A stretch of DNA of 64,000 nt. Source: Deferribacterales bacterium. Its GTDB lineage: Bacteria > Chrysiogenota > Deferribacteres > Deferribacterales > Geovibrionaceae. A program made the translations under genes and the position numbers. The notes under the pieces were generated by a model, which was given only the letters and a program-made list of their open reading frames with translations, searched no databases and was not told the origin of the DNA. Shown piece by piece: positions 36,753-44,755 of the stretch; within the stretch, counting starts at the first letter, position 1, and each line of letters opens with the position of its first letter. The stretch spans positions 32,001-96,000 of the forward strand of contig JBFWJS010000001.1 in NCBI GenBank assembly GCA_050253075.1, written 5' to 3'.

Positions 36753-37436
36753 ATGAAGATATACGGAATAGGGCTCGGCCCTGGTGACCCTGAGCTGCTC
36801 ACGGTTAAAGCAGTGAAAACTCTCGAAAGCGCAGACATAGTCGTCGTCCCCCAGTCTGATAAAACAGGCAGGAGCATCGCAGGCGATATAGTGAAGCACT
36901 ATATCCCCGAGGGGAAGATATACTGGTATTATTTCCCCATGACAGGCATAAAGGCTGATCTGGACGAGCGTTACGACGACCTCGCAAACAAGATGGCGTG
37001 TATGCTGGGCGAGGGAAAGAAGGTCTGCTATGTCACCATAGGCGACACCCCCGTGTACAGCACATTCAACTACCTCAGAGACAGACTGATCGACGTGAAC
37101 ATACAGATGGAGATGATCCCAGGGATATCCGCATTCTCCGCAGGGGCGAATCAGGTCGCACTGCCGCTGTGTGAAAAGGGAGAGAACTTCTGTGTTATCG
37201 AGATGCCTCCGAGCAAAGACGAGCTGGCGGGTGTTCTGGAAGACTTCACCACTGTCGTGCTGATGAAGGTGCATAAGAAGCTGAACATACTGACCGAGTT
37301 CGTAGCGGAAAATCACCTGAGTGCCGCATATCTTTTCCACAGGGTAACTATGGAAGACGGCATCACATACGATCTCTTAAACGATGAAATAGACGAAAAG
37401 GCGGGATACCTCTCGACAGCTATTTTAAAAAGGTAA
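36753..37436 (+). CDS. cbiL: Precorrin-2/factor II C20-methyltransferase (CobI)
   Basis: YGIGLGPGDPELLTVKA, FPM, TIGDTPVYSTF, IPGISAF, VLMKV, YLST. Confidence 0.92.
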   Translation: MKIYGIGLGPGDPELLTVKAVKTLESADIVVVPQSDKTGRSIAGDIVKHYIPEGKIYWYYFPMTGIKADLDERYDDLANKMACMLGEGKKVCYVTIGDTPVYSTFNYLRDRLIDVNIQMEMIPGISAFSAGANQVALPLCEKGENFCVIEMPPSKDELAGVLEDFTTVVLMKVHKKLNILTEFVAENHLSAAYLFHRVTMEDGITYDLLNDEIDEKAGYLSTAILKR

Positions 37437-38073
37437 GGCTGTCTTTCAGGTCGGCTTCGTTGAAGACCTCAAGGCTGACCGTGAGGCTTTTATCCTTTGC
37501 AAACTGCATTATCTGCATGAGCATATCATCGGGGAAATATCTGACGGACTGATGATCTTTCCCATCATTCACCCCGTGCAGGTGAAACATCTTTATCCTT
37601 TCACCATACTCTGACAGCAGCTTTGAAATATCCTGTCCGTGCATCAGCATATGCCCCGCATCGAGGCAAATATCATCATCAGACAGAGCAAATGATGCGG
37701 TGTCAGACTCGCCGTTTTCAAGAGTCACGGACATATCCGTCTCAGACCTGAACCACTCCAGACCTCTGAAAAACTCATCCTCGGGCTGTATGTGAAATGT
37801 GTGGGTGTGTGCGCATAGCGGGCGGAGCACATCGGCAAATTTCGCCATGAATTCCCACTCTGACCGCTTCGTAAGGTCTCTGTCATACGGCATATGCACA
37901 TTGAAGCGCATCCCCGTATCCGCCAGTGCCCTCACCTCTTCCCCATCGGGGAAGTCGTATTCGGACAAACTGCACATGTATAAAAGCTCGACCTCGTCCA
38001 CCGTGCCTTTCAGATACCTGACATTCTCAATCCTCGAAGCAGGAATGATGAATGAAGGGCAGGAGACAAACAT
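37420..38073 (-). CDS. cbiR: TIM-barrel (AP endonuclease 2/xylose isomerase-like) protein, probable cobamide remodelling phosphodiesterase
   Basis: SFIIP...ENVRYL...VDEVEL, VHMP, LEN, CLDAGH, FHLHG...DH, SLEVF; coupled to cbiB. Confidence 0.7.
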   Translation of the reverse strand: MFVSCPSFIIPASRIENVRYLKGTVDEVELLYMCSLSEYDFPDGEEVRALADTGMRFNVHMPYDRDLTKRSEWEFMAKFADVLRPLCAHTHTFHIQPEDEFFRGLEWFRSETDMSVTLENGESDTASFALSDDDICLDAGHMLMHGQDISKLLSEYGERIKMFHLHGVNDGKDHQSVRYFPDDMLMQIMQFAKDKSLTVSLEVFNEADLKDSLTFLK

Positions 38074-39032
38074 CACATGACCGCCAGTAGGGTCAGTCCG
38101 CAGAGTATCACCACAGCCACCATAGAGGCCAGATCGTAAAGGCTGACCGCCTTTTTGATGACGTCGGCATCCAGCGGGTTTTCACCGTCGCCAATGAAGG
38201 GCTTCTGCTTTACCTTGCCGAAGTAGCATACGGGGCCGCCGAGACGAACGCCCAGAAAGCCTGCAAATGCGGATATGCTGTGCGCCGAGTTTGGCGACGG
38301 ATGCGCCAGACGGTATTTCTTCACCGTGGCAATGGTTTCAGCATATGCAGTACCCTGCATGATGCCCGAAAAGGCGATTATGAAGACCGATAAGCGTGCG
38401 GGGATGAAATTCAGTACATCGTCAAACTTCGCAGATGCCCTGCCGAAGAGGTCGTATGTGCCATTCATGTATCCTATCATGGAGTCCAGCGTGCTGACCG
38501 CCTTGAAAAACATAGCCCCCACCCCGCCGAAAAAGATGGAATAGAATATCGGCGAGAGGACTCCGTCGGTGAAGTTTTCCGAGACGGATTCCACCGTGGA
38601 GCGGACGATTTTCATTTCGTCCATGTCTTTGGTCTGTCTGCTGACTATCATGGAGAGAGCCTTTCGGGCTGTTTCCAGATCTCCTTTCACCAGAGGCTGA
38701 TACACGGCATCCGCATGGGAGGCCATGGACCTGACGCTGATGGAAAAATATATTATGACGCTGTTCATCATGATGTATGCGACATTCCCGAAGCTGTGCG
38801 CAAACACCAGCAGAGAGTATGTGATGATGGAAACTATGAGAACGATGGTGATCAGCAGATAGCTGCCGCTGAGGATATGGTCGGGTGATTTATAAAATAT
38901 CCGCTCCAGCTTTGATATCAGCCTGCCTATCATGCATATGGGGTGATACTTGCTGTTTGGTTCGCCGAAGAGCTTGTCCAGCATAAAGGCGAATATCACG
39001 GATATCATGTTCAGCTCGATGAACTCTATCAT
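38073..39032 (-). CDS. cbiB: Adenosylcobinamide-phosphate synthase
   Basis: LDKLFGEP, HPICMIG, VESVSENFTDG, TLDSMIGY, DDVLNFIPARL, HPSPN. Confidence 0.95.
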   Translation of the reverse strand: MIEFIELNMISVIFAFMLDKLFGEPNSKYHPICMIGRLISKLERIFYKSPDHILSGSYLLITIVLIVSIITYSLLVFAHSFGNVAYIMMNSVIIYFSISVRSMASHADAVYQPLVKGDLETARKALSMIVSRQTKDMDEMKIVRSTVESVSENFTDGVLSPIFYSIFFGGVGAMFFKAVSTLDSMIGYMNGTYDLFGRASAKFDDVLNFIPARLSVFIIAFSGIMQGTAYAETIATVKKYRLAHPSPNSAHSISAFAGFLGVRLGGPVCYFGKVKQKPFIGDGENPLDADVIKKAVSLYDLASMVAVVILCGLTLLAVM

Positions 39033-39034
39033 AA

Positions 39035-40012
39035 TCAGAACTCCCTCAGAGCCTTCACAAGGGGAGCCATGTCGTCTGCGACGGCTATGCGGATGTATTC
39101 CCCGTCCAGCCTTTTAAAGTTTGAGCAGTCACGCACCAAAACTCTGCGCTGAAGGCAGTGCTCAAACAGAGCTTTCGATGTGCCCTTTTTCAGCTTCAGC
39201 ATCAGGAAGTTTACTTTGCTCTCCTGCGGCTCCAGCCACTCAATGCCTGATATCTCTTTCAGAAAGTCCGCCTTCATCTTCAGCAGTCTTTCAGCTATAG
39301 GCTTTGTATCCACGTCCAGAAGCTGTGCGCCCGCTTCCTGCGCATATGTATTAACGCTCCACGGAGATTTAACCCCGTTAAACACTCTGATATTCTTATC
39401 CAGTGCGACAACGGCTCCGAGCCTCAGCCCGGGCAGTCCGTATATCTTAGAAAATGAACGCAGAATTATCAGATTTGATATGATCTCATGCCCCAGCAGA
39501 GTATTTTTATCTTCGTCCGCCATAAACGGCATATATGATTCGTCTAAGATGAATAATGTATCGGGATTTGATTTAAAAAAACTCGGCAGATGCTCACCCG
39601 GACATGAAAGCCCCGTGGGGTTGTTCGGGTTGCATATGAAGAACAGTCCTTTTTTGCATATATCGGCACGGACTTCTATCTCATTCTGAGCGCAGTAGTA
39701 TTCATAGTCGGAATATGTCGGGTGCTTCACCGTCGCTTTTTTGAACCCTGATGTCCTGCATATTATGTCTATGGCCTCTGTCGTGCCTGATGTGATCGCC
39801 ACGTTTTCAGGATTATGGCCGTATTTCTCGGCAAATTTTTTAACTAGGGTTTCACTGTGCGGTTCGGGCAGACGTAAGAGAACGTCGGAGGAAATATCCA
39901 GTTTAATTGGATATGGCGAAACATTACTGCTGTAGTCATAGATATCTTTGACACTGCACCATAGGTGCTTTGCCGCCTCATAAACGTTTCCGCCGTGTGC
40001 GCCCTGTATCAT
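39035..40012 (-). CDS. cobD: Threonine-phosphate decarboxylase
   Basis: HGGN, DYSSNVSP, CNPNNPTG, DESY, RSFSKIYGLPGLRLG, RDCSNF; ATGA overlap with cobS gives start 40012. Confidence 0.9.
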   Translation of the reverse strand: MIQGAHGGNVYEAAKHLWCSVKDIYDYSSNVSPYPIKLDISSDVLLRLPEPHSETLVKKFAEKYGHNPENVAITSGTTEAIDIICRTSGFKKATVKHPTYSDYEYYCAQNEIEVRADICKKGLFFICNPNNPTGLSCPGEHLPSFFKSNPDTLFILDESYMPFMADEDKNTLLGHEIISNLIILRSFSKIYGLPGLRLGAVVALDKNIRVFNGVKSPWSVNTYAQEAGAQLLDVDTKPIAERLLKMKADFLKEISGIEWLEPQESKVNFLMLKLKKGTSKALFEHCLQRRVLVRDCSNFKRLDGEYIRIAVADDMAPLVKALREF

Positions 40013-40713
40013 TGTAAAAACCCCGCATAAAACGCAAGCATGACAGTCTCTGTCAGCTCGCACTGCGCCCCGAGCAGGTCCCCCGTGACACCGCCGATCT
40101 GCTTTTTATACCACCACTGCAGAAGCAGCACGGACAGCACAAAAACAACCGTCAGCATCATGGCAGGTTTAAACCCCAGAAAGAGTGCAACCACAGCCAC
40201 GGGCACTATCTGATATTTCCAGCCCTCGGAGCCCTCGCCGAAGAACATCTTCCCCGTGCCTTCGCTCCGCACATAGGGCATTGTCTTCATGCTCCACACC
40301 ATGCCTATCCTCGCCATAGCGGGCACGGCCATCAGCACTATCAGACTGTCGAGGTTCTTTATCGATTCATATTTTATCAGCAGGAGGAGTATGGCAGTAA
40401 CCACCGCCATAGCACCCGATCTGCTGTCTTTCATTATCTCCAGCTTCCGCTCCCTGTCCCTGTGGGAAAAGAGCGCGTCCGCAGTGTCCATCAGTCCGTC
40501 CATGTGCAGTGCGCCTGTCAGCGCAACCCACAATGTGAGTATCAGAAGGGGCGTGAGAAAGCTGTCTCCGAGCAGAACATGCACGGTGACAAATACTCCG
40601 CCGAGGATGAAGCCGACATACGCAAAGGCATTCATAGCCCGCACGGCATCGAAATCGTCACTCTGAAACCTTATAACGGTGAGGAAGGACATAGCGTCCC
40701 TTAAAGCTCTCAT
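40009..40713 (-). CDS. cobS: Adenosylcobinamide-GDP ribazoletransferase (cobalamin synthase)
   Basis: TGALHMDGLMDTAD, LEIMKDSRSG, GGVTGDLLGA. Confidence 0.95.
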   Translation of the reverse strand: MRALRDAMSFLTVIRFQSDDFDAVRAMNAFAYVGFILGGVFVTVHVLLGDSFLTPLLILTLWVALTGALHMDGLMDTADALFSHRDRERKLEIMKDSRSGAMAVVTAILLLLIKYESIKNLDSLIVLMAVPAMARIGMVWSMKTMPYVRSEGTGKMFFGEGSEGWKYQIVPVAVVALFLGFKPAMMLTVVFVLSVLLLQWWYKKQIGGVTGDLLGAQCELTETVMLAFYAGFLQ

Positions 40714-41780
40714 TCTTTTTCTGAAACTCCTGCTTCGGCGAAAGTCGCCACATCTCTTATAATAGCCGCCGCACTGTCTACCACAGCCATAGCGACCACT
40801 GCGCCTGTCCCCTCGCCCAGTCTCATGCCGAGGTCGAGCAGCGGGTTAAGCCCGAGGTATTCGAGCATCTTTATCTGTCCGGGCTCTACGGATTTATGCC
40901 CGGCTATCATATATTCCTTTGCATACGGAGATATGCCTGCGGCGATTATCGCACCCGCTGTGGATATCACTCCGTCCACTATGACGGGCAGTCCCTTGGC
41001 GGCACCTGCGAGCATTGCGCCTGCTATGGCGCCTATCTCAAATCCGCCCACTTTGGAGAGCACGTCTATCGCATCATTCTTATCAGGCTGATGCATGGCT
41101 ATCGCTTTTTCTATCACTTCTGTTTTATGTTTCAGAGCGGCATCGTTTATGCCGGAGCCTCTGCCTGTCATCACGCTCACAGGCTCGCCTGTGTATACTG
41201 CGCCGATGGCAGCCGAAGGGGTAGTGTTTGCTATGCCCATATCACCTGTGGTGATGAGTTCCAGCCCTTCTTTATCTATGTATTCACATGCCACTTCATA
41301 TCCTATGACAACCGACATCTCTGCCTGTTCACGTGTCATGGCAGTTTCTTTGGCAAAGTTTTTTGTACTTTCTGCGACCTTACGCACGATGAAGTCCGCC
41401 TTGTCGCTTATCTTCATAGACGGTATATGCGCCAGAGTGCCCACGTCTGTTACGACGACCCTTACGCCCGCTTCCTTACACAGTGCATTTATTGTTGCTA
41501 TCCCGTGGGTGAAGGCTCCCATCATCTGAACGGTGACTTCCTGCGGGAATGCACTGACGCCCTCTTCGGTGATGCCGTGGTCGCCCGCCATTACAAAGAC
41601 GCCCTTCTTTTCATATCTGGGTGCGAGAGTGCCGCTTATGGCACAGAGCTGTTCGGAGAGGTCGTTCAGCCTGCCCATAGCCCTCGGAGGCATGATGAGG
41701 TTTGATGTGCGCTCAACGGCCTTTTCATACATCTCTTTGTCTACCGGCTTGATAGACGAAATAATTCCTTTAATATCCAT
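40710..41780 (-). CDS. cobT: Nicotinate-nucleotide--dimethylbenzimidazole phosphoribosyltransferase
   Basis: AGDHG, GVSAFPQEVT, GDMGIANTT, GGFEI, GHKSVEPG, LGMRLGEGTGA. Confidence 0.96.
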   Translation of the reverse strand: MDIKGIISSIKPVDKEMYEKAVERTSNLIMPPRAMGRLNDLSEQLCAISGTLAPRYEKKGVFVMAGDHGITEEGVSAFPQEVTVQMMGAFTHGIATINALCKEAGVRVVVTDVGTLAHIPSMKISDKADFIVRKVAESTKNFAKETAMTREQAEMSVVIGYEVACEYIDKEGLELITTGDMGIANTTPSAAIGAVYTGEPVSVMTGRGSGINDAALKHKTEVIEKAIAMHQPDKNDAIDVLSKVGGFEIGAIAGAMLAGAAKGLPVIVDGVISTAGAIIAAGISPYAKEYMIAGHKSVEPGQIKMLEYLGLNPLLDLGMRLGEGTGAVVAMAVVDSAAAIIRDVATFAEAGVSEKE

Positions 41781-41793
41781 TAAGATACTCCCT

Positions 41794-42294
41794 CTATTTT
41801 ACGCTGACGGGGATGCCGGATACCATCAGTATGACCTTATCCGAGATCTCAGCCAGCTGTCTGTTTATTTTTGATAATAGTTTTGCGTACAGGCGGGTAT
41901 CTTTATCCCACGGGATGATCCCCAGCCCCACCTCGTTTGTGACGAGTATGACAGGCTTGTCAGCCTTTGAGAGCTCACCTATGAGCTCGGCGAAATATTT
42001 ATCAGGATCTTTTTTATAATAGATCAGGTTGTTCACCCAGAAGGTGATGCAGTCGATTATCACCGCATCGGCATCTGCCCCGTGAAGGGCGTGCGCCAGC
42101 TCCAGCGGTTCTTCGACGGTGGCGTATGTCTCGTCACGCTCGGCCTTATGCGCTGTGATCTTCGCCTCCATCTCTGCATCTGTGGAGACTGCCGTGGCTA
42201 TATATGCCTTTCGGGGACTGCCTTTGGCAAGGGCGAGAGCGTGCAGAGTCTTGCCTGCTCCTGCGCCGCCGGTTATCATCGTGATATCAGACAC
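41794..42294 (-). CDS. cobU: Adenosylcobinamide kinase / phosphate guanylyltransferase
   Basis: ITGGAGAGKT, YIATA...DAEM, IDCITFWVNN, VTNEVGLGI, VSGIP. Confidence 0.92.
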   Translation of the reverse strand: MSDITMITGGAGAGKTLHALALAKGSPRKAYIATAVSTDAEMEAKITAHKAERDETYATVEEPLELAHALHGADADAVIIDCITFWVNNLIYYKKDPDKYFAELIGELSKADKPVILVTNEVGLGIIPWDKDTRLYAKLLSKINRQLAEISDKVILMVSGIPVSVK

Positions 42295-42375
42295 TTTTCC
42301 ATCCTTTCATTTGAGAATAAATAATCATACACCACAATGAAAGACAGTCAACTGTCAGCTTTTAAGCAGAAAGAT

Positions 42376-42732
42376 TTAAGATGCGGCGATGCTCTCTATC
42401 AGTTTGAAAACTTCCGCTGCGGAAATAGGTTTTTTAAGTATAAGGCAGTTGTTGAGAAACTTTGACTGCTCATGAAAGCCCGTAAGGACTATCACAGTCT
42501 GCTTCGGTGCGATGTGCTGTATCTCACGTATCATCTCCACCCCCGACATCACGGGCATGGTGAGGTCTGTTATCACTATATCCGGAGAATGCTCCTTATA
42601 AAGCTGCAGCCCTACAAATCCGTTCTCCGCCTGATAGACCTCGGCAAACTCTTCCTTCAGCTGACGGAAGAGTATCATGCGGGTTATTTCATCATCTTCA
42701 ACATAGAGTATCTTTAGTCCGTTCATTCTCAC
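42376..42732 (-). CDS. Single-domain response regulator
   Basis: ILYVEDD, ITDLTMP, KP. Confidence 0.9.
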   Translation of the reverse strand: MRMNGLKILYVEDDEITRMILFRQLKEEFAEVYQAENGFVGLQLYKEHSPDIVITDLTMPVMSGVEMIREIQHIAPKQTVIVLTGFHEQSKFLNNCLILKKPISAAEVFKLIESIAAS

Positions 42733-42815
42733 ACATCACTATAAAATAATAAAAAAATACAAACACTGACCCCTAAAGTATAACACCTTAAATCAATGAG
42801 GCATCAGAAATAAGC

Positions 42816-43178
42816 CTATGCAGTGTATTCTTTCTTTGTGACCGCCTCGGACTTTACCCTGTCGAGGAGAAGCGCGAGAGCAGGTTTCACATTTTCCCTT
42901 ATATCTCCGCAGACGATGAGGTAAAGCAGATCGTCCCCCGGAACTTTCACTCCGTCCAGCGCCTCGACAACCACTTTATATATCCCTTCCATAGCTTCGA
43001 TATCTTTTATTATTTCTTCTATCTTTGCTCTGTCGGCTTTCACCTCGAGCTTTTCAACCTTTGATTTATCGGCTCTTGCGGTGCCTCTGACCACACCGTT
43101 ATGTATGAGTATCATGCCAACATTTTCAGCGAAATGTTCGTCCTGTTTCAGCTCTGCTATCTTTTTAGAAATATCCAT
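42816..43178 (-). CDS. moaE: Molybdopterin synthase large subunit family protein
   Basis: GMILIHNGVVRG, PGDDLL, GDIRENV, KKE. Confidence 0.8.
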   Translation of the reverse strand: MDISKKIAELKQDEHFAENVGMILIHNGVVRGTARADKSKVEKLEVKADRAKIEEIIKDIEAMEGIYKVVVEALDGVKVPGDDLLYLIVCGDIRENVKPALALLLDRVKSEAVTKKEYTA

Positions 43179-43342
43179 GACGGACCTCCAATTAGTTATA
43201 CCGATACATTAACAGAATCTCGCCGACTTTTACAAAGATTTTAATTAAATTGTTAATCCACTAATGTGACTAATATTTACTTATAAACAGGGGGTGTTAA
43301 AATAATCTTAAATACATATATTGTTAAACTTAAGGAGGCTAT

Positions 43343-43747
43343 ATGCGACATTTCAATCATTTACTAAAGCCCGTGAGCACATTCTTAGTTATCCTGATGC
43401 TGGCAACAGCAGCGCCCTATCAGGCGGCATACGCTAAAATGATATCCACAGGGGTATCAGCAGACACCCAGCGTGTCGAAACCGCCAGAGACTATATGAG
43501 CACATTCATGGCCAGAGACGATGTCAGGAATGAGCTCGTCAACATGGGCATTTCACCTGATGAAGCCACAGAGAGAGTGGCTGCACTCAGCGATGCGGAG
43601 ATAGTGTCCCTGTCTGATACCATTCAGGAATCACCCGCAGGAGCAGGAGCAGTGGGCGTTGTAGTCGGCGCAGCTCTGATAGTATTCCTTGTTCTGCTGG
43701 TAACAGACATACTGGGCTATACAAAGGTATACCCTTTTACTAAGTGA
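43343..43747 (+). CDS. PA2779-family protein (signal peptide, hydrophobic C-terminus)
   Basis: AYA signal; ERVAALSDAEI...PAG; VFLVLLVTDILG. Confidence 0.8.
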   Translation: MRHFNHLLKPVSTFLVILMLATAAPYQAAYAKMISTGVSADTQRVETARDYMSTFMARDDVRNELVNMGISPDEATERVAALSDAEIVSLSDTIQESPAGAGAVGVVVGAALIVFLVLLVTDILGYTKVYPFTK

Positions 43748-44676
43748 AATCTAAAAACATTTTAATAACAGCTGTCATGGCCGCCCTGCTTTTAACGGCA
43801 GGGTGCGCCCGTGTCAGCAAAGAATGGCTCGACCTCGAAAAGAGCACCGAACACGAAAGGATCGCATTCAGCGTTCCATTTTTCGCTCAGGACGAATACC
43901 AGTGCGGACCTGCCGCTATGGCTATGGTGCTGAACGATAAAGGTCTGCTCGTCACACCGGAAGAGCTGAAGCCCGTCATATACACCCCATCCAAAAACGG
44001 CTCGCTACAGTCCGCCATGATATCCGGCGCACGCAGGTATGATATGGTTCCTTATGTATTTTACGGTCCTGAGACGCTCCTTTCGGGGCTGAAGGAAGGG
44101 ATACCGTCCATTGTCCTGCTGAATTTGGGTCTGGGGATACACCCTGTGTGGCACTATGCCGTGGTGCTGGGGATAGATTTCGAGAGCAAAGAGATAATAA
44201 TGCACTCCGGCACAAAGCAGTACGACACAATGAAGCTCGCCACATTTGATAAAACATGGGCAAGGTCGAACTACTGGGGGCTGTTTGTCCTGGAGCCGGG
44301 TGAAATCCCCGCAAAGGCCGACCCTCTGAGGTATGTGCAGACAGTTTCCGCATTTGAAAACACAGGTAAGACAGGCACCGCGCTCCGATCGTATAAAGCA
44401 GCCTATGAAAGATGGCAGGACGATCCGTTTGTCATGCTCGGTCTGGCAAATGCATACTATGCCATGAAAGACCTGCACTCCGCTGAAAATGTGCTGGCAG
44501 ACGCCGCCGCTAAACATCCCGAAAACGGCGAGATACTTAACAACTATGCATACGTCCTGTTCCTGAACGGCAAGCACGATAAAGCCGAAGAATATGCACG
44601 TAAAGCAGTTGCCCTCGGCGGAAAGCACCTGAAAGATTATAAAGACACATTAAATGAGATCATCTCCAATAAGTAG
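43744..44676 (+). CDS. PA2778-family C39-like cysteine peptidase lipoprotein with TPRs
   Basis: Lipobox TAGC; VPFFAQDEYQCGPAA; WHYAVV; HSG; TPR segments (LGLANAYY, LNNYAYVL). Confidence 0.85.
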   Translation: MKSKNILITAVMAALLLTAGCARVSKEWLDLEKSTEHERIAFSVPFFAQDEYQCGPAAMAMVLNDKGLLVTPEELKPVIYTPSKNGSLQSAMISGARRYDMVPYVFYGPETLLSGLKEGIPSIVLLNLGLGIHPVWHYAVVLGIDFESKEIIMHSGTKQYDTMKLATFDKTWARSNYWGLFVLEPGEIPAKADPLRYVQTVSAFENTGKTGTALRSYKAAYERWQDDPFVMLGLANAYYAMKDLHSAENVLADAAAKHPENGEILNNYAYVLFLNGKHDKAEEYARKAVALGGKHLKDYKDTLNEIISNK

Positions 44677-44755
44677 CAGTTGCCCTATTCCGCATATTAT
44701 TGTTTAATAACCGTTAACATGAATCAATTATATTCAAAATGTCAAGGCGACCAGT

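Noticed and set aside
18140..41705. Long antisense/alternate-frame ORFs (e.g. 18140-19135, 24041-24979, 33672-34610, 40896-41705)
   Set aside because: Fully overlap well-supported genes, lack family motifs, and are expected from codon bias.
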